Positions 49,161-56,814 of a stretch of DNA of 64,000 nt are shown one piece after another. The DNA is taken from positions 13,500 through 77,499 of the forward strand of contig JBBTUS010000006.1 in the NCBI GenBank assembly GCA_038063635.1, given 5' to 3'. Every line of letters starts with the position of its first letter. The first letter of the stretch is position 1. A program made the translations under genes and the position numbers. Source of the DNA: Patescibacteria group bacterium (GTDB lineage: Bacteria > Patescibacteriota > Minisyncoccia > Phycocordibacterales > UBA9973). The notes beneath the pieces were generated by a model, which saw only the letters and a list, made by a program, of their open reading frames with translations, was not told the origin of the DNA and ran no database searches.

Positions 49161-49731
49161 TTACTTGAGCAACACGTATCACGTGATTATCAAGTTTATA
49201 TCCTTTTTGAACAACTTCACAAACTTTATGGTCTTCTTCTTTTTTATCAGTCGGTATTGCCTTTATTGATTGGTGAATATTAGGGTCAAAATTCTCACCT
49301 GCCTCGCCTATCGGTTTTACTCCATATTCTTCAAAGATTGTATTTATTTGAGTATAAATATGTTCAACTCCCCTTCTCCAACTTTCATCTACTTTTTCCC
49401 AAGCTTCTTTGTTTGAAAACGCCATATTAAAACTGTCTAAAACACTCAAAAAACTAAAAAGAATACGCTCGCGCACTGCTTCTGAAAAATTTATTTTTCT
49501 ATCTTCTTCTTGTTTTTTATAATTGGTAAATTCTGCTCGCTCTTTTTGCCAGCCAGTCAAATATTCTTCTTTCTCAGTCTTGCACGCTTTTAAATCAACC
49601 CTCAATTTTTTAAGGGTTTTCTTTAAATCTTCCTCTCCGTTTTCATTAAATTCAAATTCAAGAACTTCAGATTCGTTTTTTTCTTCCGTTGGTTCCGAAA
49701 CTTCAGATTTTTCTTCTTCATTATCTGCCAT
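49123..49731 (-). CDS. grpE: nucleotide exchange factor GrpE
   Basis: A coiled coil is followed by the GrpE motif RAEFTNYKKQ and the C-terminal beta domain. Confidence 0.85.
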   Translation of the reverse strand: MADNEEEKSEVSEPTEEKNESEVLEFEFNENGEEDLKKTLKKLRVDLKACKTEKEEYLTGWQKERAEFTNYKKQEEDRKINFSEAVRERILFSFLSVLDSFNMAFSNKEAWEKVDESWRRGVEHIYTQINTIFEEYGVKPIGEAGENFDPNIHQSIKAIPTDKKEEDHKVCEVVQKGYKLDNHVIRVAQVNVFEYNEPTTEK

Positions 49732-49880
49732 AAATATATATTATCATAAATCTAATAAAAATAATGTTTTTAAGGGGTTTGCCGAGTGACGACGAGGCAA
49801 TTTCAGGATTTTTTAAGCTTCAAAAAATCCGTACCGACAAAAACATTATTCTTGATTTTTATTTTTAAAAACACAACTAA

Positions 49881-50387
49881 CTAACGTTTGCTCCATTGTG
49901 GGGCTTTTCTTGCCTTTTTAAGTCCGAATTTTCTTCGCTCTTTAGCCCTTCCATCACGCTTTAAAAATCCTAATGTTTTTAATTTTGCGCGAAGTTCGCC
50001 ATCTGATTCCACTAAAGCTCTAGTAAGCCCATGGCGTACTGCTTCAGATTGAGAGTGAATTCCACCTCCAGAAACTCTTGCTTCAATGCTCCATTTTGAC
50101 CCAGGCTTACCCTTAGTAATCGGGTCTGTAATCAAGCGACGCTGTTCTTCTGTTTTAAAATAATCTTTTGCATCTTTTCCATTTACAACAAAACTTGTTT
50201 TAGCAGATTCATAAATACGAACTCTGGCCGTAGAAGTTTTTCTTCTGCCTATTGCTTCAATATATTTTTCCCCGCCTGCCTGCCCGACACGCTGACGCGA
50301 GTCATATGGGCGAGCATCAGCTATGCTGAAAGCATTGCGGGCAGGTTTTGTTGTTGTTTTGTTGTCATCTATCATAATATTATTCAT
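49881..50387 (-). CDS. rpsI: 30S ribosomal protein S9 with a 40-aa N-terminal extension
   Basis: The core from YIEAIGRRKTSTARV to the C-terminal KKARKAPQWSKR is canonical S9. The extension contains the family-2 repeat. Confidence 0.9.
   Translation of the reverse strand: MNNIMIDDNKTTTKPARNAFSIADARPYDSRQRVGQAGGEKYIEAIGRRKTSTARVRIYESAKTSFVVNGKDAKDYFKTEEQRRLITDPITKGKPGSKWSIEARVSGGGIHSQSEAVRHGLTRALVESDGELRAKLKTLGFLKRDGRAKERRKFGLKKARKAPQWSKR
50265..50349. repeat. GC-rich palindromic element, family 2 (copy 2), in-frame at the 5' end of rpsI
   Basis: It encodes NAFSIADARPYDSRQRVGQAGGEK, the same peptide frame as copy 1. No in-frame start codon exists between the element and the conserved S9 core. 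Confidence 0.75.
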
Positions 50388-50743
50388 TAATTTTCTATTT
50401 TTAAATTTTTCATCATTTCTCTTCTTATTTTATTTCCTGGAAGCATTTGAAAAACAGCGTGCTTTAATAATTCACTCATTCCTTTTTTTTCAACAGTTTC
50501 TGTACCTTTTAATAGACGAAGTCCTCCTCTGTGACCTGAATATCTTTTATGGACAATGCTGTCTAATTTTTTTGCCGTTATTTTAATTTTTGATACATTT
50601 ATAACTTTAACTGGAACGCCAGAATAAACATTTCTTTCAAATGTTACTTTTGTTTTACCCATCAAAGACATTGCTGCCACGGAAGCCACTCTTCCTAGTG
50701 TCATATCTTGCGCGTCTATTATTTTTGTATCATTTTTTACCAT
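50387..50743 (-). CDS. rplM: 50S ribosomal protein L13
   Basis: LGRVASVAAMSLMGK...RYSGHRGGL is the L13 pattern. Confidence 0.85.
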   Translation of the reverse strand: MVKNDTKIIDAQDMTLGRVASVAAMSLMGKTKVTFERNVYSGVPVKVINVSKIKITAKKLDSIVHKRYSGHRGGLRLLKGTETVEKKGMSELLKHAVFQMLPGNKIRREMMKNLKIEN

Positions 50744-50841
50744 ATATTTTTATCCGCCTAAATTTTAAATATTTTTTCTTTTTTATTATTCTACTTAATT
50801 TTTGTAAAAAATTTTGGCGGATGAATTAAAATAATTATTTT

Positions 50842-51195
50842 CTAAACAAATTCAATAATTGCCATTTTGGCTCCATCTGACTTTCTAACTCCCATTTTTA
50901 TAATTCTGGTGTATCCTCCTTTTTTATCTTTATATTTAGGCGCAATAACATCAAAAAGTTTTTTTACTTCTTTCTTGCGATTTGAAAGTTTTGAAACTAT
51001 CAACTTTTTACTTTCCAGATTATTTCTTTTTGCGGAAGTTATAATCTTTTCAATAAAAGGTCGCAATTCTTTTGCTTTTGGCTCAGTTGTTTTTATTTTT
51101 TCTCGTATAATTAAGTTAAGCGCTAAAGAATTAATCAAAGCATTTCTTTGATTCTTCCTTCTACCAAATTTTCTTTTAGAATTATGATGTCGCAT
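50842..51195 (-). CDS. rplQ: 50S ribosomal protein L17
   Basis: MRHHNSKRKFGRRKNQRNAL...TTEPKAKELRPFIEKIIT matches L17. Confidence 0.9.
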   Translation of the reverse strand: MRHHNSKRKFGRRKNQRNALINSLALNLIIREKIKTTEPKAKELRPFIEKIITSAKRNNLESKKLIVSKLSNRKKEVKKLFDVIAPKYKDKKGGYTRIIKMGVRKSDGAKMAIIEFV

Positions 51196-51206
51196 ATATT
51201 ATAAAA

Positions 51207-52184
51207 TTATTCTTTCAAATTAAGACCAAACTTGCCAAGCACTTTTTTAATTTCAGCAATCCCCTTTTCTCCCATGCCTTCAACCTCAAGCAAATCTTCT
51301 CGCTTCTTTCTAGCTAGACCCCCAAGAGTTCTAATGTTTGCAAAAGTAAGAGCGTTTAAAGTCCTTGTTGAAAGTTCAAGATTGTCTATACGAGTTTTTA
51401 AAACATCAATAAAACTATCTTCTTTCTTTTCATTTTCCTCTTTTTTATCTTCAATTTTTACAACTTTTTTATCAATAATTAATTCTTCTTCAGGCTCTAT
51501 ATAATCAACAATGGCCTTCAGCTGATTAATCATTATTTCAATAGAATTTGAAAGAGCTTCGCGGGGAGTCAATGTGCCATCTGTTTCTATCACTATTCTT
51601 AAACGATTATGGTTAGTTTTTTCGCCAACACGCATATTTTCAACTTCATAAGAAACCCTGCGAACTGGAGTAAATATAGCGTCAACAGCAATAGTGCCTA
51701 TGTCAACTTTTTCTTTTCGTAAAACTTCTTTCGGAACAAAACCAAGGCCTTTTTCAAGTCTCATTTCAATATTTAAATTTATTTTTCCTGTAATTTCTGC
51801 AATATAAAGTTCTGGATTTAATATTTCAACTTGTCCGCCAATTTTTATGTCTCCGGCAGTAACCTGTTTTGGACCCTTAACTAATAAATTAACTGTTTGA
51901 GGTTCATCAGAAATCATTTTAAAATGAGTCTTTTTTAAATTTAAAATAATCGCGATTACGTCTTCTTTGACTCCATCTATGGTTGCAAATTCATGAGAAA
52001 CACCGTCTATTTTTATCGATACTACACTAGTACCCGGTAAAGAAGAAAGAATTATTCTTCTAAGACTATTTCCTAAAGTATGACCATATCCAGGATATAA
52101 ACCATCTATTTCAAATATTCCCTTGTTGCCTTCTTCTAAAACTACACGAGGCTTTGAAGGCATAATTATTTTATATTCAGGCAT
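51207..52184 (-). CDS. rpoA: DNA-directed RNA polymerase subunit alpha
   Basis: The NTD has GYGHTLGNSLRRILLSS-like GHTLGNSLRRIILSSLPG. The C-terminal alphaCTD has LELSTRTLNAL. It sits in the S13-S11-S4-rpoA-L17 context. Confidence 0.9.
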   Translation of the reverse strand: MPEYKIIMPSKPRVVLEEGNKGIFEIDGLYPGYGHTLGNSLRRIILSSLPGTSVVSIKIDGVSHEFATIDGVKEDVIAIILNLKKTHFKMISDEPQTVNLLVKGPKQVTAGDIKIGGQVEILNPELYIAEITGKINLNIEMRLEKGLGFVPKEVLRKEKVDIGTIAVDAIFTPVRRVSYEVENMRVGEKTNHNRLRIVIETDGTLTPREALSNSIEIMINQLKAIVDYIEPEEELIIDKKVVKIEDKKEENEKKEDSFIDVLKTRIDNLELSTRTLNALTFANIRTLGGLARKKREDLLEVEGMGEKGIAEIKKVLGKFGLNLKE

Positions 52185-52255
52185 ATTTTTATATAAAAAT
52201 TACTGTTAGTTTTAATAATACTTGTCCCGCTAACAGCGGGGAATAAATAATAATG

Positions 52256-52858
52256 TTAACGACTATAAAATTCTAAGACGACATTTAAATCAAGAAAAGT
52301 TTCTGTATTTTTGGGCTTATCTAAAATTTTTCCTTCAATCTTTGCAATATCAAATGAAATCCAATCCGGCGCTTTATATTCTTTTAATCTTTCAGCTAAA
52401 TTATCAAAAATTTTCTTTGCCTTTGATCCTTCACGAATTTTTATAATATCTCCAATTTTAACCTGATATGAAGGAATAGTAACCCTACGGTCATTTACTA
52501 AAAAGTGCCCATGAGAAACCATCTGTCTGGCTGCGCGGCGGCTATTTCCTAAACCCATGCGATAAACAACATTATCCAGACGTGACTCAAGTTCTTCATG
52601 AAATTTTTCAGCTGTACGGGCGCCTTTTACCAGAAAAGCTTTTTTCACATAATTTGAAAGTTGTCTTTCGGTTATACCATAAGAAAATCGGATTTTTTGT
52701 TTTTCATTAAGCTGAGTTCCATATTCTGAAAGGGCTTTTGGACGACGAGCGCCTGGCTTAAAACTTGCGGCTGCAACAGTAAATTTATTAGTCTGACATT
52801 TATCGAAGACTCCTGCGCCTAATCTTTTACAAATTTTAAATTTTGGTTTTGATATCAT
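52256..52858 (-). CDS. rpsD: 30S ribosomal protein S4
   Basis: The N-terminus is KICKRLGAGVF, the S4 domain is RLDNVVYRMGL, and the gene is in the conserved order. Confidence 0.9.
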   Translation of the reverse strand: MISKPKFKICKRLGAGVFDKCQTNKFTVAAASFKPGARRPKALSEYGTQLNEKQKIRFSYGITERQLSNYVKKAFLVKGARTAEKFHEELESRLDNVVYRMGLGNSRRAARQMVSHGHFLVNDRRVTIPSYQVKIGDIIKIREGSKAKKIFDNLAERLKEYKAPDWISFDIAKIEGKILDKPKNTETFLDLNVVLEFYSR

Positions 52859-52872
52859 GTTTTAAAAAAAAA

Positions 52873-53310
52873 TTATACTCTTCTTGGTTTCTTTGGTTTT
52901 GGACCATTATGCGGTACAGGAGTAACATCTTTTATGGAAGTGATTTCAATTCCATAAGCCATAAAAGCCCTAATTGCGGGTTCACGGCCAGAACCAACGC
53001 CTTTTACAATAACATCAGCATCTTTTACTCCAAGCGTGATTGCTTTATTTCCAATAACATCACCAACTTTTGAAGCGGCAAAAGGAGTTCCCTTTTTTGC
53101 TCCTCTAAAACCCATAGCTCCAGCGCTAGATGCAAATAATACGTTACCTTTCTTGTCAGAAAATAAAATTTTAGTATTGTTGAAAGTAGCGTCAATATGA
53201 ATAATGCCAGAACTTATTTTCTTTTTAGGAAGCCTGGATGAAATTGCTTTTACTTCTTCCGCTTTTTTAATTTCTGTATTTGATTCTTTTGTAATTTTTG
53301 TTTTTCCCAT
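52873..53310 (-). CDS. rpsK: 30S ribosomal protein S11
   Basis: GIIHIDATFNNTKILFSDKKGNVLFASSAGAMGFRGAKKGTPFAA matches S11. Confidence 0.9.
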   Translation of the reverse strand: MGKTKITKESNTEIKKAEEVKAISSRLPKKKISSGIIHIDATFNNTKILFSDKKGNVLFASSAGAMGFRGAKKGTPFAASKVGDVIGNKAITLGVKDADVIVKGVGSGREPAIRAFMAYGIEITSIKDVTPVPHNGPKPKKPRRV

Positions 53311-53393
53311 TTTTATCCGCCTAAATTTTTTAATAATACTTTAACACTTTACCCACCTTATTTTTTCAAAAAAATTTTGGTGGATAAAATTAA

Positions 53394-53774
53394 TTATGTT
53401 TTGCTTTCTTTTCTTTTACCTGATGCCATTGTTTTTCGAACATTTCCCCTTATAGTTCTTGAATTGGTCTTAGTTCTTTGCCCGCGTACCGGCAATCTTC
53501 TCATATGGCGAACACCTTTATATGCCTTTATGTCTTTTAGTCTTTTTATATTAGCAGAAACTTCTCTCTTTAAATTTCCTTCTATATTCATTCCTTCTAT
53601 AATTGCGCGTATTTTATTTTCTTCATCAGGAATTAAATCTTTGGCATGTTTGCCGCGCTCTATGCCAACTTTATCTAGAATTTTACGAGCAGATGAAATA
53701 CCTATGCCGTATATATAAGTTAAGCCAATCTCAAGTCTCTTTTCATCTGGTACTGTTATTCCAAGAATTCTCAT
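53394..53774 (-). CDS. rpsM: 30S ribosomal protein S13
   Basis: MRILGITVPDEKRLEIGLTYIYGIG matches S13. Confidence 0.9.
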   Translation of the reverse strand: MRILGITVPDEKRLEIGLTYIYGIGISSARKILDKVGIERGKHAKDLIPDEENKIRAIIEGMNIEGNLKREVSANIKRLKDIKAYKGVRHMRRLPVRGQRTKTNSRTIRGNVRKTMASGKRKESKT

Positions 53775-53777
53775 AAA

Positions 53778-53888
53778 TTATTGTTTTTGTTTGTGTTTGG
53801 GATTTGAACAAATAATCCTTAAATGCCTTTGGCGTTTAATCATTTTACATTTATCACAAATTTTTTTGACTGATGCTTTTATTTTCAT
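53778..53888 (-). CDS. rpmJ: 50S ribosomal protein L36 (36 aa; below the ORF-track cutoff)
   Basis: The minus-strand translation is [36 protein letters not shown]. The CxxC...C...H zinc ribbon of L36 is present, and the gene lies between infA and rpsM. Confidence 0.85.
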   Translation of the reverse strand: MKIKASVKKICDKCKMIKRQRHLRIICSNPKHKQKQ

Positions 53889-53997
53889 AAAAATAGTTCT
53901 ACCCAAAACAAAACAAAAACAAAGGGGAAACCCTTATTTTTAAATGTTTATAATCTTTTTAAACTGTACTTTCCATAATACACCATTATCAAAAAAT

Positions 53998-54249
53998 TTA
54001 CAACCTTTTTACAATTCTTCCTTTTCCGCCATATGGATCTAATACCACTTCAACAGAATCTCCAATTAAAACCTTAATTCGGTGCATTCTCATTTTTCCC
54101 GAAAGATATGCAAGAATTTCTCTATCATCTCCGTTTGCTCTCTCTTGAGAGCCGGCAGGTTCTAATTTTACCTTAAATAAAGTACTAGGCAACGCTTCGG
54201 TAACAAAACCGCGCACTGTTAATATTTTTTCGTTTTTTGGATCACTCAT
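53998..54249 (-). CDS. infA: translation initiation factor IF-1 (with an insertion of about 13 aa)
   Basis: The S1-like fold signature is ILTVRGFVTEALPSTLFKVKLE...ILAYLSGKMRMHRIKVLIGDSVEV. Confidence 0.85.
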   Translation of the reverse strand: MSDPKNEKILTVRGFVTEALPSTLFKVKLEPAGSQERANGDDREILAYLSGKMRMHRIKVLIGDSVEVVLDPYGGKGRIVKRL

Positions 54250-54348
54250 TAAGATACCTAATCCTACTAAATTTATAACTTTAAGTCAACTCAAAATAAG
54301 TTTTCAAAATTTTCTTTACTTGTCGACGCGGCAGGTTGACAAGTTTTT

Positions 54349-55620
54349 CTATTTTGGATAATTTACGATAACTTTTATGTTTTTGCTTTTTTCTGGAAAA
54401 GATAATTTCCAGATTGGCCTAATAGACAATGAAGCTGAATCTATATTTTGATACTGGGATAATATTTGATTAAAATCTTTTTTATTTTTACCCGGAAGCT
54501 CAGAAACTAATTTTGTTGAGTCAAATTTATAAACAACTTTTTGTACGCCATAAATATTAAAATCTATGCTTGTCACATCATTAAAAATGATGCCTTCCTT
54601 ATTAGAAAGAGCAAATGTTAAATCTTTAATATTTGATATATAAACTTCACTTCCATCATAATCTGGAATAAAAAATTCAACAATTTTTTTGGTTAATTTC
54701 TTTTCATTAAAAATAAATCCATAAAGCGTGCCTTGAACATTGATTGTTATAGATCCATCTGGAGACGTTGGACTAATATCACTGTCATCAATATTAAAAA
54801 AAGTAGCATCTTTAAACAATACAAATCCTTCTGGAATTTGACTCACAACTTTATTAAAAAGTTTATTTTCTAAACTAGTTTTTAATTCTTTTTCTGCTAT
54901 TGTTTTTTGTATATCGGTAATTTGGCGGGATTTACCGATAAATCCACCTGTTATATCCCCCACTGATCTGCCGTCAAACTTTGAATATTTGGACGTTCCT
55001 TTAAAACCAAATATTTTAAAATCTAGCGGAATGCTATTATATTCCTCTCCTGGGGCTAAAGCATAAATATCAACGCTTACTTTTCCGGGAGTGCCGTCTT
55101 TATTCATTCCGGGAATTACTGTCTTTGTTTTTGTTTTATAAATTTTACTATTTGATCCTTCAAGTCGCGTATTTATCAAAAGCAACTGAGGCGAAGAGCT
55201 AAATTTATTGTAAAGAAGGACCTTACCTTTTGCGCTTTCTTTCAAATCTTTTTCTTCTCCGCCTTTAATTAATCTGGATTCTTGGTCGGAAAGCACTACA
55301 AGGTCAAAGGATAGTTTGTCGGTGTTTGAATCTTTTACGGCAGATAAATTCTGATTTAATGATAAAGTTTTTATTTTTGGATTAATTGTAACTGTAGCTT
55401 TGGAAAACAAAAATGATAAAGCAAAAAAAAGAAAAATCAAAGAGATTAGCGCTACAATCCAAAGCGTATAACGAGAACCTTTTATTTTTTGTTCTTCATT
55501 ATTATTAATATTCGCCTCATTAATTTTAGATACGGCAGGAATATATTTATTAAGAATTTTATTTCTTTTAGTTGTTTCTATTTTTTTTATATCTTGAAGT
55601 AAATTTCTAGGCATAAGCAT
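54349..55620 (-). CDS. hypothetical single-pass membrane protein (423 aa), a possible partner of the upstream actin-like ATPase
   Basis: One TM lies at about residues 52-73, and the large domain is probably extracytoplasmic. It is tightly linked (4 nt) to 55624..56796. Confidence 0.4.
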   Translation of the reverse strand: MLMPRNLLQDIKKIETTKRNKILNKYIPAVSKINEANINNNEEQKIKGSRYTLWIVALISLIFLFFALSFLFSKATVTINPKIKTLSLNQNLSAVKDSNTDKLSFDLVVLSDQESRLIKGGEEKDLKESAKGKVLLYNKFSSSPQLLLINTRLEGSNSKIYKTKTKTVIPGMNKDGTPGKVSVDIYALAPGEEYNSIPLDFKIFGFKGTSKYSKFDGRSVGDITGGFIGKSRQITDIQKTIAEKELKTSLENKLFNKVVSQIPEGFVLFKDATFFNIDDSDISPTSPDGSITINVQGTLYGFIFNEKKLTKKIVEFFIPDYDGSEVYISNIKDLTFALSNKEGIIFNDVTSIDFNIYGVQKVVYKFDSTKLVSELPGKNKKDFNQILSQYQNIDSASLSIRPIWKLSFPEKSKNIKVIVNYPK

Positions 55621-55623
55621 GTT

Positions 55624-56796
55624 TTATACTAAAAAACGATTGATAAAAATAGATTCAATGGTAATAAATGAATCGTGTTTCACGTCTTTTTTATATTCTG
55701 CGATACCGTGAAGCATTTGGGTGCTTAAGTATATAACTCTGAATTTTGATTCAGAAAAAGCATATTGATTAAATTGTTCATTTACGATTGTTTCTGAAAA
55801 GAATTCTGCCAATTCTTCGTCAATAGTCATGAAAATAGTGGAAGGAACAAAAAGGTTATTCGACAAAAAAACAAAAGATTCTTGAAATTTATCAAGCCAA
55901 TTTGATTTTAACTTCTCAATAATCGGTTTTAATTTATTTTCCACAGCAACTGATGCATGATTATCTTTATAAAGAGAAATGTAAGATTTTGCCTCATCTA
56001 GTGAACATTTTAAACTAGACGACAATCCTCGCACAATATAGTTGTATCCGATTGGAAAAGAAGCGGATGAACTTAATGCATCTTTTTTAACTAAAGAAAT
56101 TTCTGTAATTTCTCCACCGATATCAATTAAAGCAAAATTATCTTGGTGTATAAACATATCACGAGCAACAGTAAAAGATGCTAAAGCAAAAGAAGAAAAC
56201 TTGACATTTTTCTGATGAAAATGTTTGTCTACAACATTTTCTATCCTACTTAATACTTCTTTTGGGCTCATTGATATAAAAATAGCCATCTCTACCTCTC
56301 TTGTTTTTTGATTTAAAGGCTTATTTGTTATATAACCATTCAACATAGTCCTCATATTTTTAAGTTCTATTAAACAAACTTTATTTTTACTTGGTGAATT
56401 TTTAAGATATTCTTCTTTAAAAAGAAAGCTTTCTTTTTGGATTAATTCATTGGCAAGTTTTGAAGTAAAAATAAAAGAAATATTCTTTTTAAGAGAAATA
56501 ATCCTAACTTGAGAAGAATACCAAGGTGAGGAAAGCACGCAGAAAAACTTAGTTGGAGCGCCTAAACCTTTAGCGCTTATTTTCCTTATTACTATTTCAA
56601 GTGTTTTTATGGTTGAAGACAATAATTCATCAAAATCAATTTTTTCTTTAAGTTCTATAGATTCACGAACAGATAAAATTATTTTAGGAGTTCCTAGTTT
56701 TTGCATTTCAAAAAGAGCGCCTCCGATAGAAGAAGACCCAATATCAAAAACCAATGCTAATTCTTTTTTATCTTTTAACTCAAAAAAAATTCCCAT
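55624..56796 (-). CDS. actin-fold ATPase of the FtsA/PilM type
   Basis: Two phosphate-binding motifs are LVFDIGSSSIGGALF and FALIDIGGEITEISLV. Confidence 0.45.
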   Translation of the reverse strand: MGIFFELKDKKELALVFDIGSSSIGGALFEMQKLGTPKIILSVRESIELKEKIDFDELLSSTIKTLEIVIRKISAKGLGAPTKFFCVLSSPWYSSQVRIISLKKNISFIFTSKLANELIQKESFLFKEEYLKNSPSKNKVCLIELKNMRTMLNGYITNKPLNQKTREVEMAIFISMSPKEVLSRIENVVDKHFHQKNVKFSSFALASFTVARDMFIHQDNFALIDIGGEITEISLVKKDALSSSASFPIGYNYIVRGLSSSLKCSLDEAKSYISLYKDNHASVAVENKLKPIIEKLKSNWLDKFQESFVFLSNNLFVPSTIFMTIDEELAEFFSETIVNEQFNQYAFSESKFRVIYLSTQMLHGIAEYKKDVKHDSFITIESIFINRFLV

Positions 56797-56814
56797 GGAT
56801 ATTATTGTATTATA

